Assembly: GCA_041613315.1 (NCBI GenBank)
Contig: JBFJHJ010000012.1
Coordinates: forward strand, 1-64,000
Direction: 5' to 3'
DNA: 64,000 bases
From: Gemmatimonadales bacterium
Lineage (GTDB): Bacteria > Gemmatimonadota > Gemmatimonadetes > Gemmatimonadales > GWC2-71-9
Below, one piece after another: positions 17,167 to 27,005 of the stretch (positions within the stretch are counted from its first letter, which is position 1; every line of letters starts with the position of its first letter). The notes beneath the pieces were generated by a model that saw only the letters and a list, made by a program, of their open reading frames with translations, ran no database searches and was not told the origin of the DNA. A program made the position numbers and the translations under genes.

Positions 17167-18744
17167 ATGCCAGTGAGCCGACTTCGCATCGGTATCCTCG
17201 ACCTCGTCACCAAGGGTCCGACCAAGGCGTTTTACGCCCGGGTGATGCATGCCAATCTCGCGAGCATCATGCCTCAGGCCGTCGCCGTCTGGTGCGAGGA
17301 AGCCGGCCACGACGTCACCTTCGTGTGCTTCACCGGATTCGAAGACCTGCTGGAAGAGCTCCCCGATGACATGGATGTCCTGTTCATCGGGGCGTTCACG
17401 CAGGCGGCCCAGCTCTCCTACGCGCTGAGCAACATCTTCCGCCGACGTGGGGCGGTGACGGTGTTGGGTGGGCCGCACGCCCGCTGCTATCCGGATGATG
17501 CTCGGAAGTACTTCGACTATGTGGTGGGATTCACCGACAAGACGGTGATCCAGGACATTCTCCAGGACTGCAGCGCGCATCGCCCGTACGGCGTCCACCT
17601 GAGCGCGGATCGGCAACCGCAGCACCTGCCCGGGGTCCGGGAGCGATGGAAGTTCATCGCCCCGACCATCGCCAAGGCGCCGACCAAGCTCAAAGGCGTG
17701 CCGATGATCGGCAGCCTCGGCTGTCCCTACACCTGCGAGTTCTGCATCGACTCGGTGGTGGACTACCAGCCGATGAGCTACGACCAGATCCGGGAAGATC
17801 TGCGGTTCCTCAACCAGCGGATGTCGCACGCGTGGGTCGGCTGGCACGACCCCAACTTCGGCGTGCGGTTCAACGACTACATGACGGCCATCGAGGACGC
17901 GATCCGTCCCGGCTCGATCACCTTCGCGGCCGAGAGCAGCCTCTCGCTCCTCTCGGAGTCCAACGTGAAGCGGATGCGGGCCGCGGGCTTCAAGGTCCTC
18001 CTGCCCGGGGTCGAGTCCTGGTTCTCCCTAGGGAACAAGTCGAAGACCGGCCGCAAACAGGGGCTCGACAAGGTGGCCCAAGTCTCGGACCACGTGAACA
18101 TGCTGCTGGAGCACGTGTCGTACGTACAGGCGAACTTCGTGGTCGGCCTGGACGTGGATGAGGGCGACGAGCCGTTCGAGCTCACCAAACGCTTCATCGA
18201 CCGAACGCCCGGAGCGTTCCCCGGCTATTCCTTGCTCTCGGCCTTCGGCGAAGCGGCGCCCCTCAACCTCGAGTTCCAACGCGACGGCCGGGTGCTGCCG
18301 TTCCCGTTCCACTTCCTGAACAACAACCAGGCGATGAACGTCCGGCCCAAGCATTACGCGTGGCCGGATTTCTACGACCGCGTCATCGATCTCACGAAGT
18401 ACTCGTTCTCGTGGCGGGCGATCTACCGTCGAGCCCGGGCGACGCAACGCGGGTTCGCCACCTGGATGAATGTCATCCGCGCGGTCTCGTCGGAGGGCTT
18501 CGGGCGCATCAAGTACTTCCGGAAGGTGCGGCGCCTGCTCGACGAGGATCGCCAGTTCCGGGCATTCTTCGAGGGCGAGGCGACCGAGATCCCGGCCTTC
18601 TTCGTCGACCGGGTGAAGCGGGACCTGGGGCACCTGTGGCCTCACCTGCCGCCGGGCGCGCTACACCACGATCCCCTGGCGTACCTGAAGAAGACCCGCG
18701 CTCAGGCGCAGCTCGGGACCACCCCGGCGGCGTCGCTGGCGTAG
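17167..18744 (+). CDS. Cobalamin-binding-domain radical SAM protein
   Basis: N-terminal Rossmann-like region with VLGGPHA; SLGCPYTCEFC; GVES; NFVVGLD. Confidence 0.8.
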   Translation: MPVSRLRIGILDLVTKGPTKAFYARVMHANLASIMPQAVAVWCEEAGHDVTFVCFTGFEDLLEELPDDMDVLFIGAFTQAAQLSYALSNIFRRRGAVTVLGGPHARCYPDDARKYFDYVVGFTDKTVIQDILQDCSAHRPYGVHLSADRQPQHLPGVRERWKFIAPTIAKAPTKLKGVPMIGSLGCPYTCEFCIDSVVDYQPMSYDQIREDLRFLNQRMSHAWVGWHDPNFGVRFNDYMTAIEDAIRPGSITFAAESSLSLLSESNVKRMRAAGFKVLLPGVESWFSLGNKSKTGRKQGLDKVAQVSDHVNMLLEHVSYVQANFVVGLDVDEGDEPFELTKRFIDRTPGAFPGYSLLSAFGEAAPLNLEFQRDGRVLPFPFHFLNNNQAMNVRPKHYAWPDFYDRVIDLTKYSFSWRAIYRRARATQRGFATWMNVIRAVSSEGFGRIKYFRKVRRLLDEDRQFRAFFEGEATEIPAFFVDRVKRDLGHLWPHLPPGALHHDPLAYLKKTRAQAQLGTTPAASLA

Positions 18745-18878
18745 CGTCCGCACCCTCCCGCGCCACCGGTTAGAAGGGGAAGCGCGAGCCGCACACGACG
18801 AGAGGTGTCGGATATGGCAACCCGGCGCCTCTGCCGCTTCCGCCCGTTCCCCCCCCGGTCCGGGAGCGCGGGGCGGGA

Positions 18879-19469
18879 TTATTGGATCATTTCGGACAGT
18901 GCCGCCTGCAGACTCGCCAGCATGAGCCGCACTTGTCCGGGCAGCCGGACCCGCCACCCCTCGCCCGTCCGCATCACCGTCACCACCTCCACGTCGCTGA
19001 AGGGGTTGCCGTCCACGTTGGTAGTGATGCGCGCGAGGACGTGTACGAGGGCGGCCCCCTCCGGCACTTCCCCCACGATCCGGAACGAGGCGTCGGCCAG
19101 CACTTCGAGCGGATTCCCGCCCTGCTCGGTACTGAATTCCAGGAACCGCGCGAACACCCGGGCCGGGTCGAGCTGGTTCAGCTCGGCCGGGCTCGCCACC
19201 TCGAACAGGCCGAGGATTTCGCCGCCCGCCTCGGTGCCCGCAAACGCGACGAACGTGCTCCTGAACGCCGCCAGGCCCTCCGGCTCCAGGAGTCGGGCCG
19301 CGGCCACCATGCTGTCGGTGGCGAGCGCCGCGTAGTAGTCGTACGCCACCGCGGCGGCCGTGCCGGAAGCGGGCCGGGCGGCGGTCGAGTCGGGGACTTG
19401 GGCCGCGAGGGGCGTTGTCAGGAGCCACGCGGCGATCACGGCCGCGGTCCGGATGGGGCGCGAGGGCAT
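18879..19469 (-). CDS. Hypothetical exported protein
   Basis: Signal peptide ending PLAAQ; alpha+beta pattern ending in GEGWRV. Confidence 0.6.
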   Translation of the reverse strand: MPSRPIRTAAVIAAWLLTTPLAAQVPDSTAARPASGTAAAVAYDYYAALATDSMVAAARLLEPEGLAAFRSTFVAFAGTEAGGEILGLFEVASPAELNQLDPARVFARFLEFSTEQGGNPLEVLADASFRIVGEVPEGAALVHVLARITTNVDGNPFSDVEVVTVMRTGEGWRVRLPGQVRLMLASLQAALSEMIQ

Positions 19470-19588
19470 GTGGGTCTCCAGGTCGGTGTGGCACGGGCCC
19501 GTCGCGGCCGGTTCTCACCCACGCCTCGGGGGGCGGAAGACAGAGCGAGGCCGCATCCGGCGGGCGGAGCGGCCCCGGTGAGACGGGA

Positions 19589-19678
19589 CGGAGAGGGGGG
19601 GATTCGAACCCCCGATAGGGTTTTTGACCCTATAACGGTTTAGCAAACCGCCGCCTTCAGCCGCTCGGCCACCTCTCC
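19589..19678 (-). tRNA. tRNA-Ser(GCT)
   Basis: Reverse complement GGAGAGG...GCGGT-TTGCTAA-ACCGT, long variable arm, GGTTCGAATCC, CCTCTCC-G; CCA not encoded. Confidence 0.95.
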
Positions 19679-19680
19679 AA

Positions 19681-19699
19681 CGACAGGCGGTAGGGCGGA
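19681..19699. repeat. Left copy of a 19-bp inverted repeat flanking glnS
   Basis: CGACAGGCGGTAGGGCGGA; its reverse complement matches 21645-21663 at 18 of 19 positions. Confidence 0.7.
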
Positions 19700-19888
19700 A
19701 CGTCGCGCCGCCGCGCCTCGGTGCTCAGGTGAGCCCTCACGCCCCTTGGGCCCGCGAAACCTACGCCGCCCGGACAGTGGAAGCAACGCGCGCGCCGGCG
19801 GTTCCTGCCGCGGCGGATCGGGACCTTCTATCTTTCGCGCGGGCTGCGGACTGCAGGATCCCTTCTCGGTTACGAAAGAAGCCGTGTC

Positions 19889-21595
19889 ATGAGCGGGACG
19901 CCAAAGAAGCAGGACTTCATCCGTGCGATGGTCGCCCGCGACGTCGAGGCGGAGAAGTACGATCGTCACGTCATGACGCGCTTCCCGCCCGAGCCCAACG
20001 GCTACCTCCATATCGGTCACGCCAAGTCGGTGTGCCTCAACTTCGGCATCGCCGAGGAGTTCGCCGGCGCGTGCAACCTGCGCTTCGACGACACGAATCC
20101 GACGACCGAGGACCTGAGCTACGTCGAGGCGATCCAGCAGGATGTGCGCTGGCTGGGCTTCGACTGGGAGGATCGGCTCTACTTCGCGTCGGACTACTTC
20201 GAGCAGCTGTACGGGTTCGCCGTGCGGCTGATCGAACGGGGGAAGGCGTTCGTGGACAGCGCGAGCGAGGCCGAGATCCGCGAGGCCCGCGGCACGGTGA
20301 ACGCACCGGGCCGGGAGAGCCCGTTCCGGACGCGCTCGGTGGCGGAGAACCTCGACTTGTTCCGGCGGATGCGCGCGGGGGAGTTCCCCGACGGAGCCCA
20401 CGTGCTGCGTGCGAAGATCGACATGACCCATCCCAACATGCTGATGCGCGATCCGCTGCTGTATCGCATCCGGCACGCGCACCACTACCGGACCGGCGAT
20501 GCGTGGTGCCTCTACCCGCTCTACGACTTCGCCCACTGCCTGTCGGACGCGATCGAAGGGATCACGCACTCGCTGTGCACCCTCGAGTTCAAGGACAACC
20601 GGGAGTTGTACGACTGGATCCTCCGGGAGGTCGGGTTCGAGCGGCCGCCCGAGCAGACCGAGTTCGCGCGGCTCAACCTCGAGCACACGGTCTTGAGCAA
20701 ACGTCGTCTCGTGCAGCTCGTGAAGCAGGGACACGTGAGCGGGTGGGACGACCCACGGATGCCTACCATCGCGGGGCTCCGGCGCCGAGGGGTGACCCCG
20801 GCGGCGCTCCGCAGCTTCTGTGACATGATCGGCGTCGCGCGGGTGGACAGCCGGGTGGACATCGGGAAGCTCGAGTATGCCATCCGGGACGACTTGAACC
20901 CCAACGTGCCGCGGGTGATGGCCGTCCTCCGCCCGCTCAAGCTCGTGATCGTGAACTACTCTGAAGGCCGGGTCGAGCAGCTGGACGCGCCGCTCTACCC
21001 GCGCGACGTCCCCAAGGAAGGTACGCGGCCGGTCCCCTTCTCGCGTGCGCTCTACATCGAGCGGGACGACTTCCTGGAGGACCCGCCCAAGGGATTCTTC
21101 CGGCTCGCGCCGGGACGGGAGGTGCGGCTCCGCTACGCCTACTTCGTGACCTGCGTGGACGTGGTCAAGGACGCGGCCGGTGAGATCACCGAGGTGCACT
21201 GCACGTACGACCCCGCGACGAAAGGCGGCGATGCGCCGGACGGCCGCAAGGTGAAGGGGACGCTGCACTGGGTCTCGGCGGCGCACGCGCTCCGGGCCCA
21301 GGTGCGGCTGTACGACCGGCTGTTCGTGAAGCCCGATCCGGACGATGTCGGCGAGGGGGAGGCGTTCACCGACTCGCTCAACCCCGAGTCGCTGGTCGTG
21401 TTGCCGGAGGCCCGGGTCGAGCCCAGCGTGGCAGACGATCCGCCGGGGACGCGGTATCAGTTCGAGCGGCAGGGCTACTTCGTGAGCGATCCGGTGGAGT
21501 CGCGTTCCGGCGCGCTGGTCTTCAACCGGACCGTGACGCTGCGGGATACCTGGGCGAAGATTCAGGCGAAGACGGCGGCGGCGACGGGCAGCTAG
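19889..21595 (+). CDS. glnS: Glutamine--tRNA ligase (no YqeY extension)
   Basis: TRFPPEPNGYLHIGHAKS, LRFDDTNP, HSLCTLEF, GWDDPRMPT, KGTLHWVS, FERQGYF, FNRTVTLRD. Confidence 0.95.
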   Translation: MSGTPKKQDFIRAMVARDVEAEKYDRHVMTRFPPEPNGYLHIGHAKSVCLNFGIAEEFAGACNLRFDDTNPTTEDLSYVEAIQQDVRWLGFDWEDRLYFASDYFEQLYGFAVRLIERGKAFVDSASEAEIREARGTVNAPGRESPFRTRSVAENLDLFRRMRAGEFPDGAHVLRAKIDMTHPNMLMRDPLLYRIRHAHHYRTGDAWCLYPLYDFAHCLSDAIEGITHSLCTLEFKDNRELYDWILREVGFERPPEQTEFARLNLEHTVLSKRRLVQLVKQGHVSGWDDPRMPTIAGLRRRGVTPAALRSFCDMIGVARVDSRVDIGKLEYAIRDDLNPNVPRVMAVLRPLKLVIVNYSEGRVEQLDAPLYPRDVPKEGTRPVPFSRALYIERDDFLEDPPKGFFRLAPGREVRLRYAYFVTCVDVVKDAAGEITEVHCTYDPATKGGDAPDGRKVKGTLHWVSAAHALRAQVRLYDRLFVKPDPDDVGEGEAFTDSLNPESLVVLPEARVEPSVADDPPGTRYQFERQGYFVSDPVESRSGALVFNRTVTLRDTWAKIQAKTAAATGS

Positions 21596-21630
21596 CCGCG
21601 AGTCCCCAGGCGTCGGCCTGTGCGCCCGAT

Positions 21631-21663
21631 CGCCCGACCGCCTGTCCGCCCGACCGCCTGTCG
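21631..21663. repeat. Tandem 16-bp repeat containing the right copy of the glnS-flanking inverted repeat
   Basis: CGCCCGACCGCCTGTC x2 (21631-21646, 21647-21662). Confidence 0.7.
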
Positions 21664-21666
21664 CTA

Positions 21667-21750
21667 CGGAGGGCGAGGGATTCGAACCCCCAAGGGCTTG
21701 CGCCCGGCGGTTTTCAAGACCGCTGCCTTACCAGTTAGGTCTAGCCCTCC
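21667..21750 (-). tRNA. tRNA-Ser(TGA)
   Basis: Reverse complement GGAGGGC...GCGGT-CTTGAAA-ACCGC, variable arm GGGCGCAAGCCC, GGTTCGAATCC, GCCCTCC-G. Confidence 0.92.
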
Positions 21751-22328
21751 CGTGCCGCCGGTAAGGTAGGGAGCGGGAGCCGGTGGGGTCAACGGAACCG
21801 GCGGCGGTGGCCGCCGGCCCGCGGGCGGTCGCGGGCGGCGCCCTGCGAGGGCGTCGCATAGCGAGGAAACGTTCACCCTTTCTTCACGGTCACCCTCCTT
21901 GACGCCGTCGATGGGGGTCCTCTAGCTTTCGCACGCTCGTTTTAGGAGTCAAAGCGGCGTACGGCGCCTGTCTGGTCCGGATCAGAGTGGTCTGGCGGCA
22001 GAGCAAGTCCGTAGCCGCGACGCGGAGCGGCACCCTTTCTGCCTGCTATGCGTTGTCGCGCAGGGCCCGGGTCGTTGGGTACCGTGGCACATTCGCCACG
22101 GTTCGAGTCTCGAATGGCTCAGGTATGGCTCGTAATTTCCCCGGTACGACTGTCCGGTGCCGCGGTCTCGCGGTGCACCACTCCGGCTATTCCCCTCATT
22201 ATGGCGTGGCAAGCCGCGTCCTCATCGATCACCGCGGACGACCGGGGCGGTCGTCGGCGCGAGCGCAGATTCCCTCACGCGTTCGCGCCATTTTCTGCAT
22301 TCCTTATCAACAAACAGGAGGTCTCGTG

Positions 22329-25300
22329 ATGAAGCATCACGTCGTTGAACGCTGGGCGACCGCGCGGCCGCGCCTGGGCATGCTCGCCACCGTTGTGGCC
22401 GGCGTCGCCCTCTGGCTCTTCGGCGGCGCCGGTATCGTCCACGCGCAAGCCACGCTGCGCGGCACCGTGAGTGGTGCCGACGGTCAGCCGATCGAAGGGG
22501 CGGAGGTGCAGATCCTCACCCTTCAGGTCTCCACCACGACCGGGGCGGACGGCACCTATTCGCTCCTCGTGCCCGCGGCGCGCCTCGCGGGTCCCGTGGC
22601 GGTGCAAGTCGTCGCTCGGCGCATCGGCCTCAGGGCCCAGCGGGTGAACGTGACCGTGAGCCCCGGGGCTACGCTGCAGCAGAACTTCCGGTTGGAGGCC
22701 GACCCGTTCATGCTCGACGCGGTCGTCGTGACGGGGCAGGGGCTTACCGAAACCCGCCAAAAGCTGGGTGTGACGATCAACTCCGTGGACGCCCAGGACA
22801 TCGTGGACAGCCGGGAGACGAACGTCGTCGCCGCGCTGGCGGGCAAGGCACCCAACGTCGAGGTGACCAAGTCGGCGGGCGACCCGGGGGCGGGGACGTA
22901 CATCCGTATCCGTGGCTCGAAATCCGTCTCCGGCGGCACCCAGCCGCTCATCGTCGTGGACGGTCAGCCCATCAACAACACGAGCCATACCATTGAGACC
23001 ACGGTCGCCGGCACGGTCTACCAGAACCGGGCGGCGGACCTCAACCCGAGCGACATCGCGAGCATCGAGATCCTGAAGGGCCCGGCGGCCGGCGCCATCT
23101 ACGGCTCGCGCGCGTCCAGCGGTGTCGTGCTGATCACGACCAAGTCGGGGCAGCGCAACACCTCCCGGATGTCCCTCAGCTCGACCTATTCCTGGGACAA
23201 GGTCAACAAGTCGGTCCCCCTGCAGCGGCAGTTCCGGCTCGGGACCGACCAGGCGGCCGTGGGCGGCACCGGCAACAACCCGGCGGGCGTCCGCGCGTGG
23301 GGCACGCCGCTCGCGTCCGATGAGCCGAGTTACGATCACTTTGGCGAGCTGTTCCGGAACGGGCACCAGTTCGACAACACGCTCACGCTGTCGGGCGGCA
23401 CGGACCTGACGACGTACTACCTATCGCTCGGGTATCTGAATCACGACGGCGTGATCGCGGGCAACTCGGCGTACGACCGGTTCACGGCGCGCCTCAAGGG
23501 GTCCCACGACTTCGCGTCGAATCTCAACGTGGGCGCCAACATCTCGTACACGTCGAGCACCGGTGACCTCGTGCAGACGGGTTCGAACATCAGCGGGCTG
23601 CTACTCGGCGGGCTGCGGACGCCGCCCGAGTTCAACAACCTGCCGTACCTCGATGCACAGACCGGGCTGCACCGGTCGTACCGGACCCCGAATCCGACGA
23701 CTGTGAGCCAGAGCCGCGGCTTCGACAACCCGTTCTGGATCGCGAACGAGATCCTGAACACGACGGAAGTCGATCGCGTGTTCGGGAACGTCACGATCGA
23801 CTACCAGCCGTTCCCGTGGCTCAACCTGAGCTACATGCTGGGAGCGGACTTCGCCAACGATCAGCGCCTGACGCTCTTCCCCAAAGGGTCGTCGGACTTC
23901 CCCGACGGGCGGATCATCCGTGCCGAGCTGGTGGACAAGAGCTGGGACCATTCGCTGCTCGCAACGGTCTCACGCGAAGAGAGTGCGGATCTGTCGTGGA
24001 GCGTGACCGTCGGTCAGAACCTCAACCAGGTCGAGTTCCGCCGGTACCAGGTCAACGGATTCAATCTGATTTTCGGCACGCAGCTCCTCGATTTCACGGT
24101 GGACCGCACGCCGAACGAGTTCGTCTCGAAGATCCGCACCGACGGGTACTTCGCGCAGGGCAACGTCGATCTCTATGGGCAGCTCTACCTCTCCGGGGTG
24201 CTGCGGCTGGACGGCTCCAACACGTTCGGCGGCGAGATCGATACGGTAACGGGCCAGGCGGAGTCCAGCCGGTTCCTGTATCCCAAGGGGAGCGTCGCCT
24301 GGCAGTTCCACCGCTACGTGCCGTTCTTCGACTTTGCCAAGCTGCGGTTTGCCTACGGCCAGGCCGGAAAGCAGCCGCCGATCTTCTCGAACGTCAGCGC
24401 GTTTACGACCGGGACTTTCACGGACGGGTGGCTGTCGCCGAACGGCCTCAACTCGATCTACGCCGGTATCGACGGCGTGTTCTCACAGAACACGTTGGGC
24501 AATGCGGCGATCGAGCCTGAGAAGACGACGGAGGTCGAGGTCGGAACCGACCTCACGTTCCTGGACTCCCGGGTCTCCCTCGCCGTCACGTACTACCGTG
24601 ACAAGACCGATGGCGCGATTCTGAGTCTCCCCATCGCCCCGACGACGGGCTATGGCGCCGTTCAGGCCAACGGGGCGGCGTGGCGGAACTGGGGATGGGA
24701 GAGCACGCTCGACGTCCTGCCGGTGCAGGCGTCGAATTTCGCCTGGAAGATCGGGCTCCAGTGGGCGACGAACAAAAGCATGGTGGATACGCTCCTGGGC
24801 GCGGAAGAGATCGGCCTCTCGGGCTTCACCGGCGGGACGGCGTCCATCGTCCAGGGTCAGCCGTTCCCGGTCTTCTTCGGCCGGGACTTCGTCCGCTTCG
24901 GTCGGAGCCTGCTGGTCAGTGGTGTGGACATCGACCAGACCTATGCCGGGCAGTGGAGCGCGGGTGACCTCTATATCGCCGCGGACGGGTTCCCGCGCCT
25001 GGATCCGCAGGAGCGGGTCCTCGCCGACCTGAGCCCCAAGTGGACTGGCAGCGTGCGCAACACCTTCACGCTGTTCGGGAAGGTGCGCGTGTCGTCGCTG
25101 TTCGACGTCAAGCACGGCGGCTTCACGTGGAACGGTACGAAGGGCGCGCTGGTCAGCTACGGCACCGCCGCGGTCACCATCCCGTGGCATGGCGCCGGAG
25201 CGGACACGGTGTTCCCCGGCGCCGGACCGGGGGCAGGCCAGACCGTGAAGCTGAACTGGTCCACGTGGGGCCAGAACGGTCTCGGCAGCGGGTTCAACGG

Positions 25301-25568
25301 GCCGCGGTCGCTGTACGTCGAGCCGTCGGGGTTCGTGAAGCTCCGGGATATCTCGGTGGCCTTCACGCTGGACGGCCGGTGGCTGCGCCAGATCGGTTTC
25401 CAGACGCTCGATGTGACGCTGAGCGGACGGAACCTGGCGACGTGGACCGACTACACGGGCATCGATCCTGAATCGAACCTGAACGGCCAGACGACGGGGC
25501 GCGGGCTGGAGTACTTCAACCACCCGCAGACCCGGTCCTTCGTCGTCGGCTTCACCCTTCACCGATAG
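22329..25568 (+). CDS. SusC/RagA-family TonB-dependent outer membrane transporter (SusC-1)
   Basis: RBS AGGAGG; carboxypeptidase-regulatory-like N-domain; VVVTG; DLNPSDIASIEILKGPAAGAIYGSRASSGVVLITTK plug; YTGIDPE. Confidence 0.93.
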   Translation: MKHHVVERWATARPRLGMLATVVAGVALWLFGGAGIVHAQATLRGTVSGADGQPIEGAEVQILTLQVSTTTGADGTYSLLVPAARLAGPVAVQVVARRIGLRAQRVNVTVSPGATLQQNFRLEADPFMLDAVVVTGQGLTETRQKLGVTINSVDAQDIVDSRETNVVAALAGKAPNVEVTKSAGDPGAGTYIRIRGSKSVSGGTQPLIVVDGQPINNTSHTIETTVAGTVYQNRAADLNPSDIASIEILKGPAAGAIYGSRASSGVVLITTKSGQRNTSRMSLSSTYSWDKVNKSVPLQRQFRLGTDQAAVGGTGNNPAGVRAWGTPLASDEPSYDHFGELFRNGHQFDNTLTLSGGTDLTTYYLSLGYLNHDGVIAGNSAYDRFTARLKGSHDFASNLNVGANISYTSSTGDLVQTGSNISGLLLGGLRTPPEFNNLPYLDAQTGLHRSYRTPNPTTVSQSRGFDNPFWIANEILNTTEVDRVFGNVTIDYQPFPWLNLSYMLGADFANDQRLTLFPKGSSDFPDGRIIRAELVDKSWDHSLLATVSREESADLSWSVTVGQNLNQVEFRRYQVNGFNLIFGTQLLDFTVDRTPNEFVSKIRTDGYFAQGNVDLYGQLYLSGVLRLDGSNTFGGEIDTVTGQAESSRFLYPKGSVAWQFHRYVPFFDFAKLRFAYGQAGKQPPIFSNVSAFTTGTFTDGWLSPNGLNSIYAGIDGVFSQNTLGNAAIEPEKTTEVEVGTDLTFLDSRVSLAVTYYRDKTDGAILSLPIAPTTGYGAVQANGAAWRNWGWESTLDVLPVQASNFAWKIGLQWATNKSMVDTLLGAEEIGLSGFTGGTASIVQGQPFPVFFGRDFVRFGRSLLVSGVDIDQTYAGQWSAGDLYIAADGFPRLDPQERVLADLSPKWTGSVRNTFTLFGKVRVSSLFDVKHGGFTWNGTKGALVSYGTAAVTIPWHGAGADTVFPGAGPGAGQTVKLNWSTWGQNGLGSGFNGPRSLYVEPSGFVKLRDISVAFTLDGRWLRQIGFQTLDVTLSGRNLATWTDYTGIDPESNLNGQTTGRGLEYFNHPQTRSFVVGFTLHR

Positions 25569-25599
25569 GCCGCGGGGCGCGGAAAGAAAGGAACACGAC

Positions 25600-26997
25600 A
25601 TGGCTCCGAAATATTCGTGGAGCCGCGCTCTCGGCGCGGCCCTGATCGCCGGGTCGCTGGTGGCATGTGATTTCATTCAACCCGTCACCAGCGATCCCAA
25701 CGCGGTGCCCGATGCCGGCCTCGACCAGTTGTTCGTCGGGGTGCAGGTGAACGGGTATCTGCTCGAAGAGGGCCAGGCCGCGCGCCTGGCCTCGGTCTGG
25801 CTCCAGCAAATGGCGGGCACGGACCGGCAGTTCGCCACGTTCGACACCTACGTCATCGGGGAATCCGACGTGAGCGGACAGTATGTGGACGTGTATACGG
25901 GTGGTGGCCTCGTGGATATCCGCAACGGCATTCGGATCGCCGAAGCGAACGGCCGGCGGGTGTACGCCGGGATCCTCAAGCTCTACGAGGCGTACTTCAT
26001 CGGCATGGCCGCCAGCATCTTTGGTCAAGTCGCCTACTCGGAGGCCGTACGGCCCGATGTCACCGAGCCCAAGCTCGATGCGCAGGCGGACGTATATGCC
26101 GCCGTGCAGGCGAAGCTCGACGAGGCGATTGCGGACCTCGGGAGCGCCACCGGGTCGCCGCCCGGCGTCGCGGACTTGGGCTTCGGCGGTGACGCGGCCA
26201 AGTGGATCGCCGTCGCGCGCACGCTGAAGGCCCGGTTCCATATGCACTGGGCCGAGGTGGACGCCGGCCGCTATGCGCTGGCGCTCGCTCAGGCGCAGCA
26301 GGGGATCGCCGCCTCCAGCGGGGATCTCGTGGCGAAACACAGTGCCGCCGCGACGGAGAACAATCTGTGGTTCCAGTTCATGCGGGATCGCGAGGGGTAT
26401 GTCTCGGCCGGAGAGTTCCACGTCGAGCTGCTGAAGGCGCGGAGCGACCCCCGCCTCCAGTTCTACTACAGCCAGGGACGCGGCACGTTCGCCGGGCAGT
26501 ACGTCGGCTCGCCTGTCGGGGAGCCGGCCGGCGACCCGGGCACCAACTCGTCACGGCTGAACGATGTGAGCGGGGCGGGCGCGCCGGCCTACCGGCAGCC
26601 GTTCGTCACGTGCGCCGAAACGCAGTTCATCATCGCCGAGGCGTTGTATCGGACGGGCGGCACCGATGCGCAGGTGCGGGCCGCCCTCGACGCCGGCATT
26701 GCGTGCGACGCGGCGCGTAAGGGACTCAGCCTCGCCGGCGCGCTCGCCGCCAATGACGCCCTCACGGGGCAGGCGCTGTTCGACGAGCTGATGACGCAGA
26801 AGTACATCGCCTTGTTCCTGAATCGGGAGATCTGGAACGACTATAAGCGGACGTGCCGGCCCGCCATCACGACGTACCAGGGCCAACAGATTCCCGGCCG
26901 CCTGTTTTACGACAATGCGGAGCGCCAGACGAATCGTAACATTCCCGAGGCGACGAGCCAGCCCGCTCGGAATGCGAACGATCCGAACCCTTGCTAG
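25600..26997 (+). CDS. SusD/RagB-family lipoprotein (SusD-1)
   Basis: Lipobox SLVAC; directly after SusC; DPR, AE..FIIAEA, QKYIALF, IPGRLFY motifs. Confidence 0.9.
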   Translation: MAPKYSWSRALGAALIAGSLVACDFIQPVTSDPNAVPDAGLDQLFVGVQVNGYLLEEGQAARLASVWLQQMAGTDRQFATFDTYVIGESDVSGQYVDVYTGGGLVDIRNGIRIAEANGRRVYAGILKLYEAYFIGMAASIFGQVAYSEAVRPDVTEPKLDAQADVYAAVQAKLDEAIADLGSATGSPPGVADLGFGGDAAKWIAVARTLKARFHMHWAEVDAGRYALALAQAQQGIAASSGDLVAKHSAAATENNLWFQFMRDREGYVSAGEFHVELLKARSDPRLQFYYSQGRGTFAGQYVGSPVGEPAGDPGTNSSRLNDVSGAGAPAYRQPFVTCAETQFIIAEALYRTGGTDAQVRAALDAGIACDAARKGLSLAGALAANDALTGQALFDELMTQKYIALFLNREIWNDYKRTCRPAITTYQGQQIPGRLFYDNAERQTNRNIPEATSQPARNANDPNPC

Positions 26998-27005
26998 GCT
27001 TCGCA

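Noticed and set aside
16969..17847. N-terminal extension of gltX in the ORF track (737 aa)
   Set aside because: It is the antisense of the B12 radical SAM and intergenic DNA; homology starts at MDPSLRVRFAPSPTG
11659..18878. RiPP cluster around the two radical SAM genes
   Set aside because: No precursor peptide, RRE/PqqD domain, SPASM motif or transporter identified
21667..21750. tRNA-Sec or tRNA-Leu
   Set aside because: Anticodon loop CTTGAAA gives TGA (Ser), with a 7-bp acceptor stem and G discriminator; Sec needs TCA
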